Counted from the stretch's first letter, positions 10,227 through 20,022 are shown. The stretch: DNA of 64,000 nt from an uncultured Clostridia bacterium (GCA_934183305.1 CAKPSF010000001.1:86824-150823); one strand, 5' to 3'. The notes: generated by a model not told the origin, from the letters alone. Translations and numbers: made by a program.

Positions 10227-10444
10227 TTGTAATTTCTCCCTTTATTTTTCTTAATTATTTTATATCATATATTTTCGTAAAAATAAACATATATTGAAAC
10301 AATTTAGGCTTTTGTATAATATATTTATATAAAAGGCAATATATTAAAAAAGATATTTGCTTCAAAATCCAGTTTTAACTTTATTAGAGCAAAAAATTAT
10401 TTTTGTAAGTTACTTTTAGTTTATATTACATGGATGTATTTATA

Positions 10445-10705
10445 ATGTGTGGAATAGTGGGATATATAGGTAATAGAGATGCTATACCTATATTAATTGA
10501 TGGCTTAAAAAAATTAGAATATAGAGGTTACGATTCATCCGGAATTTCTATATTAGAAAAAAATAAACTGATAGTTATTAAAGATAAAGGAATAGTTAAT
10601 AATTTAGAACTGTTACTAAAAAATAATAATTTAAATTCTCAAATTGGTATTGCTCATGCAAGATGGGCAACTCATGGCAAGCCAAGCAAAATCAGTTACA
10701 GTTGA
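10445..10705 (+). pseudogene. glmS: 5' fragment of glmS (glutamine--fructose-6-phosphate aminotransferase), first ~86 codons only
   Basis: MCGIVGYIG...IGIAHARWATHGKPS matches the GlmS class-II amidotransferase N-terminus, then terminates; runs directly into a terminator at 10715-10748. Confidence 0.6.
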
Positions 10706-10714
10706 ATAATTATG

Positions 10715-10748
10715 AAAAGAGACACTTAAAAAAGTGTCCCTTTTTCGC
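10715..10748. terminator. bidirectional rho-independent terminator (GACACTT/AAGTGTC stem) shared by glmS fragment and PhoH-like gene
   Basis: 7-bp stem, AAAA loop, T-run on + strand and T-rich run on - strand. Confidence 0.55.
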
Positions 10749-10750
10749 TT

Positions 10751-12085
10751 TTACAAAATTTTTGCTGCTTCTCGTGCCAGTTTACTTCTTACTGATTCTG
10801 AATCATCCAGAGCTACCTGCATACATAACGGATTCCCTTTCATTTTTTCAGAAAGATAAACCAATCCATTGTACCTTTCTGTAAGGCTTGGATTATCAAT
10901 CTGAGTTGGGTCACCCAAGAAAACAAACTTTGAGCCTTCACTAGCTCTAGTAACAATTGATTTAATAGTATCTGGTTCAATGTTTTGCGTTTCATCAATA
11001 ATGAAATACGTGTCAACAATTGACCTTCCTCTTAAAAAACCAATTGCTTGAATTTGTACTATTCCTTTTTCAAAGTAATAGTCACCTTCTTCATAAGTCT
11101 CATCGTTCATTTTGTTTTTCTTGTGTTTTCCGTTTATTAATATGGCTAGGTTATCCTTTACACCAGCAAGATAAGGCGAAAGCTTTTTCTCAATATCACC
11201 TGGTAAATAGCCATATTTTTCTGTTGAAGTAACAGATCTGGTAACAAGTATTCTGGAGAACGTACTGTTTCTTTCTGTTTGTTCAAGAGCAGCAGCCAGT
11301 GCACAAAAAGTTTTTCCTGTGCCAGCGCTTCCCTTAATCACAACCAGCGGGCAATCACTTTGCAATGCCTCAAGCATAAACTTCTGTCCAACATTCTTCG
11401 GAGTAATACCATACGGAGAACTATTTGAATAATTAAGTTTAACAATCCTTCCGTTCTTAAATACTCCAAGTGCTGATTTGCTTTCTGAATTTAAAACAAA
11501 GAATTCATTTTCAACAAATTCAATTTTCTTATAATCGAAAATTTCTTCTTTGTTTATCATTCCTTTTCCATAAAACAAATCAATAGTGTCATCTGAAGTG
11601 TATGCAATCTGCCTTCCGGTATACTGGTCAGATAGTTTTGGGAATATTTCATCCTTAAAACTTTCCGCTTTAATACCAAAAAGCTTTGCTTTAAGTTGCA
11701 AACTCAAATTGTTTGTTACTAGAATAACTTCCATCCCTATATTTTCCCTTTTAAGTCCTTTACAAACTTGAAGTGTTCTCAATTCAGGAATAGTTAAACC
11801 TTCAACTTCAATGTTAATGTCATTAAAGTTTTGGGCAACCATTAAGGTGCTTCCGTTTTTTTGTACAACACCCTTCTTCTCCATAAGTTCAGAAACAGGA
11901 AAAGAATTTAGATATTCCAGTATTCCTTTTGCAATCCGTTCTTTTTCGGCTGATTCATGTCTCATTTTTCGCAGTTCATCTACTACGGCTAATGGTATAA
12001 CAATTATATTGTCATCACCAAACTTTAAAGTACTTTCCCGAGAAGACAAAAGTGCAGATGTGCGCAGCACAAAAATTTTAGACAT
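10751..12085 (-). CDS. PhoH-family ATPase with N-terminal PIN domain (YlaK-like)
   Basis: Walker A GSAGTGKTFCALAAAL, PhoH C-terminal region; N-terminal PIN-like domain; 444 aa. Confidence 0.8.
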   Translation of the reverse strand: MSKIFVLRTSALLSSRESTLKFGDDNIIVIPLAVVDELRKMRHESAEKERIAKGILEYLNSFPVSELMEKKGVVQKNGSTLMVAQNFNDINIEVEGLTIPELRTLQVCKGLKRENIGMEVILVTNNLSLQLKAKLFGIKAESFKDEIFPKLSDQYTGRQIAYTSDDTIDLFYGKGMINKEEIFDYKKIEFVENEFFVLNSESKSALGVFKNGRIVKLNYSNSSPYGITPKNVGQKFMLEALQSDCPLVVIKGSAGTGKTFCALAAALEQTERNSTFSRILVTRSVTSTEKYGYLPGDIEKKLSPYLAGVKDNLAILINGKHKKNKMNDETYEEGDYYFEKGIVQIQAIGFLRGRSIVDTYFIIDETQNIEPDTIKSIVTRASEGSKFVFLGDPTQIDNPSLTERYNGLVYLSEKMKGNPLCMQVALDDSESVRSKLAREAAKIL

Positions 12086-12235
12086 AGAAATTTCCTCCTA
12101 TATTTTTTGTAAAAGCTATTAAGAACAGTAATACTGTTCTTAACGTAAACTGTTTACGTTAAGAATTATACTATACTTTGTTCCTTTTTTCAACATTATT
12201 CGTTCTTTTTTTAATATTTTTGTATCTCTTTTAAA

Positions 12236-12502
12236 TCATAAGAAAATTTTAAATATTATTAAAATTACCGCACCAGGTATTCCTAGTATTCCAACAAATA
12301 TGGCAGTTATAATATTTAATCCAATATGAAAATTAAATGCACTTCCAATTAAATTTATTATATATATAATGCCTCCACCTAAAAGTGAATTTAGTATTAA
12401 TTTCAATATAGTTTTTATTGGTATTATAAAAATTTTTCCAAAAATAAATAAGAAAAAAATACAAGCTATATATGCAATAACATTATTAAATTCAAAATTC
12501 AT
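12236..12502 (-). CDS. bofA: BofA-family pro-sigma-K processing inhibitor (small integral membrane protein)
   Basis: 88 aa, two TM segments, LGIPGAVILI motif near C-terminus; a YaaL-like gene lies nearby, as in the B. subtilis yaaL-bofA region. Confidence 0.5.
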   Translation of the reverse strand: MNFEFNNVIAYIACIFFLFIFGKIFIIPIKTILKLILNSLLGGGIIYIINLIGSAFNFHIGLNIITAIFVGILGIPGAVILIIFKIFL

Positions 12503-12700
12503 TATAATACCACCTGTCCTTTTTTAATAATATTAATTAAATTTCTTATTTATGACAAAAACACCATAAAATATAACTCTACTTTTCCATAAAGATATAT
12601 TTATATAAAATCGTTGTATTTAAAATCTTCATATGATAAAATTTAAATAATGAACAAATGATATGTTCTTAAATTTTTATTAAAATAAAAGGAGGACAAT

Positions 12701-14683
12701 ATGAAAAAAGCAAAAATAATAATTACGCTATTAATACTACTTATTATTGCATTTTGCATAACAATATGCGTTTTTAATTCAAAAACAGAGCTAAAAACAG
12801 TATCTTCTAAAAATGAATTAAAAAGATTTTATAATAATGGAACAGATTATCCAATACAAGAAAGGCTAATTTCAATTTTCACTATGCCATGGAGTTTATT
12901 AAGTAATAATGCAAAATATATTACTGCTGACATTTCACAAGCTAATACTTCAGGTATGAATGGTATTGATATTGCCGAATCAGCTTCAAAAAGTGATGGT
13001 ATTAGAAGCGATTCTACCACTTCATCTTCAAAGGATTATTCAACTACAAATATTCAAGTCGAAAACGTTGATGAAGCAGATATAAACAAAACAGATGGAG
13101 ATTACATTTACTCAATATCAGAAAATAATGTAGTAATTACAAATGTTCAAAATCCATCTGAAATAAAAATAGCTTCAAAAATTTCTCCAAGTGGTATTCC
13201 ACAAGATTTAATATTGTATAATAATAAACTTGTTGTAATATCTGCAGAAAGTTCTACAAGCCGTTATAATAACAACACCATTGTTGATATATACAATATT
13301 GAAAACAAAGAACTTCCTATTAAAGTAAAAAATTACAAACTATATGAACCATATTATACATCTAGATGTATTAATAATAGATTATATATTATTTCTTCTG
13401 GAAAATTAAGAAAAGAAGGTTCTGATATTGTAACATATTACAACGAAAATAATAATGCAAAAAATATTGATTTAAAAGATATACACTACTTAAAAAATGT
13501 AAAATCTAAAGTTCAAACATTAATATCAACAATGGACTTAAATAATGTGGAAGAAGATGTATCTGTTAAATCTTATCTAATAGATATTAGTAACGCCTAC
13601 ATTACAGAAAATAATATTTATTTATTAGATCAAAACTATGAATACAGTTACTCATACTTACCTATTTCATCTTTGTTTACTTGGAAAGGTATATTTGGGC
13701 CATTCGTATATGAAAGTAATACTACAAAAAGTAATTATTCAACTCATATTTATAAATTTAATATTAACAATGATGGTTCAATTAAGTTTGATTCAAAAAC
13801 AAAAACCGAAGGAAGAACAATTAACCAATTTTCGTTAGATGAGTTTAACAATAATTTAAGAGTTGCAATATATGATAACAATGGTTCAAAAATAGTTATA
13901 TTTAATAATAAACTAGAAAAAATTGGTGAAACAGACTACTTAGCTAAAGGTGAAAAAATGTATTCATCTAGATTTATTGGAAATAAGGCTTATTTAGTAA
14001 CATATAAAACTATAGATCCATTATATGTTATAGATTTAAGTAAACCGGAAAATCCAACCGTATTAGGAGAATTAAAGATTCCTGGATATAGTACATATCT
14101 TCATTCATATGATGAAAATCATATTATAGGAATTGGTATGGAAACAAAAGAGAATATACGTAGAGACAGTTCTGGAAAAATAACCTCAACAACTGCTAGT
14201 ATTGTTGGAATGAAAATGGCATTATTTGATGTTTCAAATGTAAGTAATCCTGTACAAATATCAAGCACTGTAATTGGAGATAGTAGAACAACTTCTTCAA
14301 TATTAACAAACCATAAAGCTTTACTATTTTCTAAAGAAAAAGAACTTATTGCAATACCAGTAAACAATTATGCAGAAGATTTTGAAATAACATCTTCTTC
14401 AAATAATACATATTCATCAGCAATAAACTCTTATAAAAACTATAACAAGCCATATATTTCTGAAGGTTATTTAGTATATAAAATCAATTTAGAGGACGGC
14501 TTTAAACTTAAAGGAACAATTACTCATAATGCTGAAAAATCTAGTTATCAATATTATACAAATTCACGTCTTCTAAGAGGATTATATATAGAAAATAATT
14601 TATATACAATTTCAGAAGATGCAATACAAGTAAATAACTTAGACAATATGGAATTTATAACAAAACTAAATTTAAGGGGGTAA
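12701..14683 (+). CDS. secreted beta-propeller-domain protein (Beta_propel family)
   Basis: N-terminal signal anchor, KTDGDYIY-type blade motifs, 660 aa; AAAGGAGGA RBS. Confidence 0.55.
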   Translation: MKKAKIIITLLILLIIAFCITICVFNSKTELKTVSSKNELKRFYNNGTDYPIQERLISIFTMPWSLLSNNAKYITADISQANTSGMNGIDIAESASKSDGIRSDSTTSSSKDYSTTNIQVENVDEADINKTDGDYIYSISENNVVITNVQNPSEIKIASKISPSGIPQDLILYNNKLVVISAESSTSRYNNNTIVDIYNIENKELPIKVKNYKLYEPYYTSRCINNRLYIISSGKLRKEGSDIVTYYNENNNAKNIDLKDIHYLKNVKSKVQTLISTMDLNNVEEDVSVKSYLIDISNAYITENNIYLLDQNYEYSYSYLPISSLFTWKGIFGPFVYESNTTKSNYSTHIYKFNINNDGSIKFDSKTKTEGRTINQFSLDEFNNNLRVAIYDNNGSKIVIFNNKLEKIGETDYLAKGEKMYSSRFIGNKAYLVTYKTIDPLYVIDLSKPENPTVLGELKIPGYSTYLHSYDENHIIGIGMETKENIRRDSSGKITSTTASIVGMKMALFDVSNVSNPVQISSTVIGDSRTTSSILTNHKALLFSKEKELIAIPVNNYAEDFEITSSSNNTYSSAINSYKNYNKPYISEGYLVYKINLEDGFKLKGTITHNAEKSSYQYYTNSRLLRGLYIENNLYTISEDAIQVNNLDNMEFITKLNLRG

Positions 14684-14689
14684 TTTAAT

Positions 14690-14956
14690 ATGGACGAAAA
14701 AAATGAATTAAAAAACAAATCATCTATGGGAGTAGCTGCATTAACATTAGGTATAATATCTGTGGTATTCGCAATATTTTGGTATATATCACTTCCAACA
14801 GGAATTTTAGCTATAATATTTGGAAAAAAAGCTATTAATAAAGTAGGTAGTAAAATTGGAAAAGCAGGTTTAATTTTAGGAATTGTTGGTCTTTCACTAT
14901 TTGCATTTATATATTTATCATTTATAGCAGGAATATTAATAAACAACTATCTATAA
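14690..14956 (+). CDS. DUF4190-family small membrane protein
   Basis: Two TM helices with GIISVVFAI...ILAIIFGKKA...GLILGIVG pattern. Confidence 0.45.
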   Translation: MDEKNELKNKSSMGVAALTLGIISVVFAIFWYISLPTGILAIIFGKKAINKVGSKIGKAGLILGIVGLSLFAFIYLSFIAGILINNYL

Positions 14957-14997
14957 AAATGACACGTTTGGGGACGGGGCAAAAACAAGTCATTTTT
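14955..14997. repeat. 43-bp palindromic repeat unit, copy A (AAAAATGACACGTTTGGGGACGGGGCAAAAACAAGTCATTTTT)
   Basis: Near-identical copies at 17024-17068 (direct) and 17098-17141 (inverted); termini AAAAATGAC/GTCATTTTT form a 9-bp stem. Confidence 0.85.
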
Positions 14998-15016
14998 CCA
15001 AACATAGAACAAAAAA

Positions 15017-15047
15017 GGTAAGTTTGCACTTGCCTTTTTTTCTTTTA
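15017..15047. terminator. bidirectional terminator hairpin (AAGGTAAGT/ACTTGCCTT) between DUF4190 gene and yaaL-like gene
   Basis: 9-bp stem with one G-U pair, TTGC loop, T7 run on + strand and A6 on the other side. Confidence 0.55.
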
Positions 15048-15368
15048 CCCAACTTGATTTTCCTCTAAGTTCATTATTTGAATTTTTTCAATTCTATCTA
15101 GCTCTATTCCATTTCTTTTGGATTGCTTTAACAAATAATTAAGTTTTGCTTGGTTTGCTTTCATTTCATACAAATAATAATCAATTAAATCGTCTTCTGC
15201 AAATTCATAATTTTTTCTTGCAACTTCCAGACTATTATAAGTATTTATTATACTTTGAATTAATATTGTATTAAGCTCTTTATCATTTTTAATAATTATT
15301 TTCTTTTCCTCTTTTAAAAATTCTTCTTGCATATCTTTCCTCCTGTTTTTTATTATATGCTCGTCCAA
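15045..15368 (-). CDS. YaaL-like protein (DUF2508)
   Basis: 107 aa, pattern EVARKNYEFAEDDLIDYYLYEMKANQAKLNYLLKQSK resembles DUF2508; GGAGG RBS. Confidence 0.4.
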   Translation of the reverse strand: MDEHIIKNRRKDMQEEFLKEEKKIIIKNDKELNTILIQSIINTYNSLEVARKNYEFAEDDLIDYYLYEMKANQAKLNYLLKQSKRNGIELDRIEKIQIMNLEENQVG

Positions 15369-15461
15369 TAGATTTATGCGATTTTTCTACGTGTTTGTAT
15401 TGATTTTCAGACTGATAAATGATAAAATTATGTAGATATTTATAATTAAGGAGGGTATTAT

Positions 15462-15722
15462 ATGGAGAGTATTAAAATCGGAAAAGTTTACAGACATTTT
15501 AAAGGAAATTACTATTTTGTAGAAAATGTTGGTAAAGACTCGGAATCGCAAGAAGATGTTGTTATTTATAAACCTTTATACCCTAGAGAAGATAACTGTT
15601 ACATTTGGGTTAGACCTTTAAAAATGTTTTTAGAGGAAATACCTGAAAGATCAGATAATATAACTGGTCAAAAGCACAGATTTGAATTAGTAGAAGATTT
15701 AAGTAAAAATTATTTAGTTTAG
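15462..15722 (+). CDS. DUF1653-domain protein
   Basis: 86 aa, KVYRHFKGNYYFV...VIYKPLY motif; AAGGAGGG RBS; directly upstream of serS with a 9-nt gap. Confidence 0.5.
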   Translation: MESIKIGKVYRHFKGNYYFVENVGKDSESQEDVVIYKPLYPREDNCYIWVRPLKMFLEEIPERSDNITGQKHRFELVEDLSKNYLV

Positions 15723-15731
15723 GAGATTATT

Positions 15732-17018
15732 ATGATAGATATAAAATTTTTAAGAGAAAATCCTGATATTGTTAAGGAAAATATAAAGAAAAAATTTCAA
15801 GACCATAAATTAATATTGGTTGATGAAGTAATTGATTTAGATAAAAAAAATAGAGAAGCTATGATGCACGGTGACGAATTAAGAAATGAAAGAAAAACAT
15901 TAAGTAATCAAATAGGAAGCTTAATGAAAGAAGGAAAAAAAGAAGAAGCTGAAAGCATTAAAGCTAAAGTTCAAGAAATAAATAATGAACTTATAGAAAA
16001 TGAAAAAAAAGAAGAAAAATATGCTGAAGAAATCAAAACTAGAATGATGAAAATTCCTAACATTATGCACGAATCTGTTCCTATTGGAAAAGATGATAGC
16101 CAAAATGTCGAAGTGCAAAAGTTTGGAGAACCTGTTGTACCAAGTTATGAAATACCATATCATGCAGATATAATGGAAAGCTTTAACGGATTGGACTTAG
16201 ACTCTGCTAGACGTGTTGCTGGAAATGGTTTTTATTACTTAGTTGGCGACATTGCAAGATTACACTCTGCAATATTATCTTATGCAAGAGATTTTATGAT
16301 TAATAAAGGATTTACTTATTGCATACCACCATACATGATTAGAAGTGATGTTGTAGATGGTGTTATGAGCTTTGAAGAAATGGATGCTATGATGTACAAA
16401 ATAGAAGGTGAAGACCTATACTTAATTGGTACAAGTGAACATTCAATGATAGGTAAATTTAAAGGTCAAATCTTAAATAAAGAAAATATGCCATATACTA
16501 TGACATCATATTCTCCATGTTTCAGAAAAGAAAAAGGCGCTCATGGTATAGAAGAACGTGGTGTTTATAGAATCCATCAATTTGAAAAACAAGAAATGAT
16601 AGTTGTATGTGAACCAGAAGATAGCTACAAATGGTATGACAAATTATGGTCATACACAGTTGAATTATTTAGAAGCATGGATATTCCAGTTCGTACATTA
16701 GAATGTTGTAGTGGAGATTTAGCAGATTTAAAAGCAAAAAGTGTTGATGTAGAAGCTTGGAGTCCAAGACAACAAAAATACTTTGAAGTTGGAAGTTGTT
16801 CTAACTTAACAGATGCACAAAGTAGAAGACTAGGAATACGTATAAAAGGCGAAAAAGGTAACTACCTAGCACATACATTAAATAACACAGTAGTTGCCCC
16901 ACCTCGTATGTTAATTGCATTTTTAGAAAATAATTATAACGAAGATGGAAGTGTAAATATTCCAGAAGTGTTAAGACCTTACATGGGTGGTACAGAAAAA
17001 TTAATACCTAAGAAATAA
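15732..17018 (+). CDS. serS: seryl-tRNA synthetase
   Basis: 428 aa; N-terminal coiled-coil arm, class II motifs (FRKEKGAHGIEERGVYRIHQFEK, GSCSN...RRLGIR). Confidence 0.93.
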   Translation: MIDIKFLRENPDIVKENIKKKFQDHKLILVDEVIDLDKKNREAMMHGDELRNERKTLSNQIGSLMKEGKKEEAESIKAKVQEINNELIENEKKEEKYAEEIKTRMMKIPNIMHESVPIGKDDSQNVEVQKFGEPVVPSYEIPYHADIMESFNGLDLDSARRVAGNGFYYLVGDIARLHSAILSYARDFMINKGFTYCIPPYMIRSDVVDGVMSFEEMDAMMYKIEGEDLYLIGTSEHSMIGKFKGQILNKENMPYTMTSYSPCFRKEKGAHGIEERGVYRIHQFEKQEMIVVCEPEDSYKWYDKLWSYTVELFRSMDIPVRTLECCSGDLADLKAKSVDVEAWSPRQQKYFEVGSCSNLTDAQSRRLGIRIKGEKGNYLAHTLNNTVVAPPRMLIAFLENNYNEDGSVNIPEVLRPYMGGTEKLIPKK

Positions 17019-17023
17019 CTAAT

Positions 17024-17068
17024 AAAAAAATGACGATTTTGGGGACGGGGCAAAAACAAGTCATTTTT
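17024..17068. repeat. 43-bp palindromic repeat unit, copy B (direct)
   Basis: AAAAAAATGACGATTTTGGGGACGGGGCAAAAACAAGTCATTTTT; 3' of serS stop. Confidence 0.85.
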
Positions 17069-17097
17069 GATTGTTACATTTAACATTAAATAAATTT

Positions 17098-17141
17098 AAA
17101 AAATGACTTGTTTTTGCCCCGTCCCCAATCGTGTCATTTTT
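17098..17141. repeat. 43-bp palindromic repeat unit, copy C (inverted); with copy B forms an ~118-bp composite palindrome
   Basis: AAAAAATGACTTGTTTTTGCCCCGTCCCCAATCGTGTCATTTTT = reverse complement of copies A and B; ends 13 nt before engB start codon. Confidence 0.85.
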
Positions 17142-17154
17142 GAAAGGATATGAG

Positions 17155-17742
17155 ATGATAATAAAGAATCCTAAATTTGAGATTTCTGCTGTTGGTTCTA
17201 AGCAATACCCTAAGAATGATTTGCCTGAAATTGTTTTGGCTGGTAAATCTAATGTTGGTAAATCTTCTTTTATTAACACTATGTTAAATAGAAAAAGCTT
17301 AGCTAGGACAAGTAGTCAGCCAGGGAAAACTAGACAAATTAATTTTTATAATATAGATTCTAAATTTTATTTTGTTGATTTGCCTGGATTTGGATATAGC
17401 AAAATGTCACATACACAGCAAGAACAAGTTGGCAAATTTATTGAAGAATATTTATTTACTAGAAAAAAAATTGCTTTAATCATTCTTTTAATTGATATTC
17501 GTCATAAACCAAGTGAAAATGATATTCTTATGTTTAACTATATAAGAAGCATAGGTACACCATATATTGTTTTAGCAAATAAAGCTGACAAAATTGCACC
17601 TACAAAAGTTAATTCTTATGTAGAAGATTTGAAAGAAAATTTACAGGCAAATGAAACAGATATAATTCTTCCTTTCTCTTCTGAGAAAAAGATTTATACC
17701 GAGTCAGTTTGGGATAAACTAGAAAAATATATAAATGTATAG
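17155..17742 (+). CDS. engB: ribosome-biogenesis GTPase EngB/YsxC/YihA
   Basis: G1 GKSNVGKSS, DLPGFGY, NKADK; probable start ATG 17155 (MIIKNPKF, RBS AAAGGA) rather than GTG 17131, which lies inside the repeat. Confidence 0.85.
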   Translation: MIIKNPKFEISAVGSKQYPKNDLPEIVLAGKSNVGKSSFINTMLNRKSLARTSSQPGKTRQINFYNIDSKFYFVDLPGFGYSKMSHTQQEQVGKFIEEYLFTRKKIALIILLIDIRHKPSENDILMFNYIRSIGTPYIVLANKADKIAPTKVNSYVEDLKENLQANETDIILPFSSEKKIYTESVWDKLEKYINV

Positions 17743-17765
17743 AAATAAAAGATTGGAGACAAACA

Positions 17766-18308
17766 ATGAAACTAACATCTGACAATGAAACTTTAGCAGA
17801 AAACAAAGTATTAATTTTATATATTTTAAACAAGATAGATACTCCTATTAGTAATAACGAATTATTGCAGCTTGTTCTATCTATTGAAGATATGAATTAT
17901 TTTTATTTTCAACAATTCATTTTAGATTTACTAGAAAACAAATATATTGAAGAATACAGACAAGAAGAAAATTCCGAGCCAATATATAGACTTACAAATG
18001 CAGGGAAATCCACTTTAGAATTAACAAAGGATTTAATTCCTGGTATTGTAAAATTAAAAATTGATAGCACAATAAAGGGTGAATTAGATAATATTGAAGA
18101 AGAAGTTTCTATTGTTTCAGAGTTTATGCCTGAAGATGATAATCTTTTTAATGTTACTTGTAAAATCGTAGAAAAAAACAAAACTATATTCGAAGTTTCA
18201 ACTTTTGCCGGTTCCCGTGAACAAGCAAAAGCAATCTCTGATAATTGGAAAGAAAATGCAATAAACATTTATCCAAAAATAATTAATTTATTAACAAATA
18301 AAGAATAA
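17766..18308 (+). CDS. DUF4364-family protein
   Basis: 180 aa; resembles the clostridial DUF4364 family. Confidence 0.4.
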   Translation: MKLTSDNETLAENKVLILYILNKIDTPISNNELLQLVLSIEDMNYFYFQQFILDLLENKYIEEYRQEENSEPIYRLTNAGKSTLELTKDLIPGIVKLKIDSTIKGELDNIEEEVSIVSEFMPEDDNLFNVTCKIVEKNKTIFEVSTFAGSREQAKAISDNWKENAINIYPKIINLLTNKE

Positions 18309-18328
18309 AGCACTGAAAAATCAGTGCT

Positions 18329-19120
18329 TTATTCTTTTATTTTTCTTCTTACATATTCGTATAAAATTATTGAAGTTGCAACTGATGCATTCAAGCTTTC
18401 TGTTCTTCCAAGCATTGGTATTTTTATTTTTTCATCTGCAAAATCCTGAATTTCTTTTGATACACCATTTGCTTCGTTTCCTATAACAATAACCTTTTTA
18501 TTGTAATCTACATCATATATGTTATTATTTGTTTCTAAAGATGTTGCCATTACTTTATATTTATGTTTTTTTAAGTTTTTTAAAGTTTCTATTAAATTAT
18601 CACTTTCAATTATATTTACCCTAAATATTGCTCCCATTGTAGAACGTACAACTTTTGGATTATATGCATCTGCTGTTTCTTTAGATACAATAACTTGTTT
18701 TAGTCCTACACTATCTATTGTTCTTAAGATAGTTCCTAAGTTGCCCGGATCTTGTATTCCATCTAATACAACAATTACCTCTTCTTTGTAATCTATGTTA
18801 TCTTCCGAATTTTGTTTCTCAATAACAGCCATTATTCCTTGTGGATTTTGAACATCACTTATTAAAGAAAATATCTTTTTAGTAACATATATACACTCAT
18901 ATTTGGCAATTTCATATAAAAGCTTTTGATTTATTCCTCCATTGTTAATATCTTCCTCGCACACAACAATTTGTTTTATTTGTTTGTTTTCTGAGATTGC
19001 TTCTTTAATTAACTTTATTCCTTCAATAATATATGAATTGTTTAAGTCTCTATATTTTTTTTCTTTTAATTTTCTAATGTTTTTTATTATTTCGTTATCT
19101 TTACTAGTAATAATTTGCAT
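18329..19120 (-). CDS. TrmH/SpoU-family RNA 2'-O-methyltransferase (RlmB-like)
   Basis: SPOUT motifs VLDGIQDPGNLGTILRT, GNEANGVS, SLNASVATSIILYE; terminator hairpin AAAGCACTGA...TCAGTGCTTT at 18309-18335. Confidence 0.75.
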   Translation of the reverse strand: MQIITSKDNEIIKNIRKLKEKKYRDLNNSYIIEGIKLIKEAISENKQIKQIVVCEEDINNGGINQKLLYEIAKYECIYVTKKIFSLISDVQNPQGIMAVIEKQNSEDNIDYKEEVIVVLDGIQDPGNLGTILRTIDSVGLKQVIVSKETADAYNPKVVRSTMGAIFRVNIIESDNLIETLKNLKKHKYKVMATSLETNNNIYDVDYNKKVIVIGNEANGVSKEIQDFADEKIKIPMLGRTESLNASVATSIILYEYVRRKIKE

Positions 19121-19295
19121 AACAAATCTCCTTAATATTTCATATTACTTATTATACCCATTTTAATAATATGTTTCAATAAAATTTAACCAAAATATAA
19201 AATATAATTTTTTTCTTGTGTTTTTTTGCGGGTTATGGTAATATAATGTTGCATTTATAAATTTTTTGTAAAAATTTACGAAAGGAGATGTTGTT

Positions 19296-19562
19296 ATGGA
19301 TACAAAAACAACAAGTATTGTTGGATATATTACATGGATTGGTTTAATAGTTGCTTTTTGTGCTGGAGATAAAGAAGGTGCAAAATTCCACTTAAATCAA
19401 GCATTAGTAATCTTCCTATTTTCTTTATTATCAGTCATACCTTGTGTAGGATGGATTTGGGGAATATTTATGTTAATTTGTTGGGTAATGGGATTAATAG
19501 CAGCTATAAATCAAGAAGAAAAAGAAGTTCCATTAATTGGAAAAATAAGAATTTTAAAATAA
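19296..19562 (+). CDS. DUF4870-family membrane protein
   Basis: 88 aa, 2-3 TM helices, KFHLNQALVIFLF and C-terminal PLIG motifs. Confidence 0.45.
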   Translation: MDTKTTSIVGYITWIGLIVAFCAGDKEGAKFHLNQALVIFLFSLLSVIPCVGWIWGIFMLICWVMGLIAAINQEEKEVPLIGKIRILK

Positions 19563-19623
19563 TTCTTATACAAGCTGCTAATAATTAAATTGGCAGCTTG
19601 TATTTTATATTAAAGAGGTACTT

Positions 19624-20022
19624 ATGAAAAAAAGAAGTTTAGATGATTATGTTTATTTTTCACTAATAATAACTTGTACTGTACTATTTATTTTAGGAAT
19701 TATATATAAATGTTTTTTTAGCAAATTTAAAATTGGCTATTGTGTTATATATGATAAATTAGGAATATATTGTCCTGGTTGTGGTTGCACAAGAGCATTT
19801 GAGGCTTTATTAAAATTCGATATAAAATCTTCAATTATTTATAATCCTGCAGTTTTTTATTCTGTAATTATTTTAATTAGTTTCCTTACAACGCAAACTA
19901 TTGAAAGAATTACAAAATCTACTCAACACATAATGCCATATTCTAATTTCTATTTATATATAGGAATTTTTATTATGCTTTCAAATTGTATAATAAGAAA
20001 TATAATTAAAACTCCTATATAA
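19624..20022 (+). CDS. DUF2752-domain membrane protein
   Basis: CPGCGCTRAF motif characteristic of DUF2752; 132 aa, TM helices. Confidence 0.55.
   Translation: MKKRSLDDYVYFSLIITCTVLFILGIIYKCFFSKFKIGYCVIYDKLGIYCPGCGCTRAFEALLKFDIKSSIIYNPAVFYSVIILISFLTTQTIERITKSTQHIMPYSNFYLYIGIFIMLSNCIIRNIIKTPI

Noticed and set aside
10227-10429. Possible glmS ribozyme upstream of the glmS fragment
   Set aside because: Region is uniformly AT-rich and lacks the conserved GC-rich catalytic core and pseudoknot elements
15369-15461. T-box riboswitch for serS
   Set aside because: Too short and lacks specifier-loop, AGGGUGG-type or antiterminator motifs
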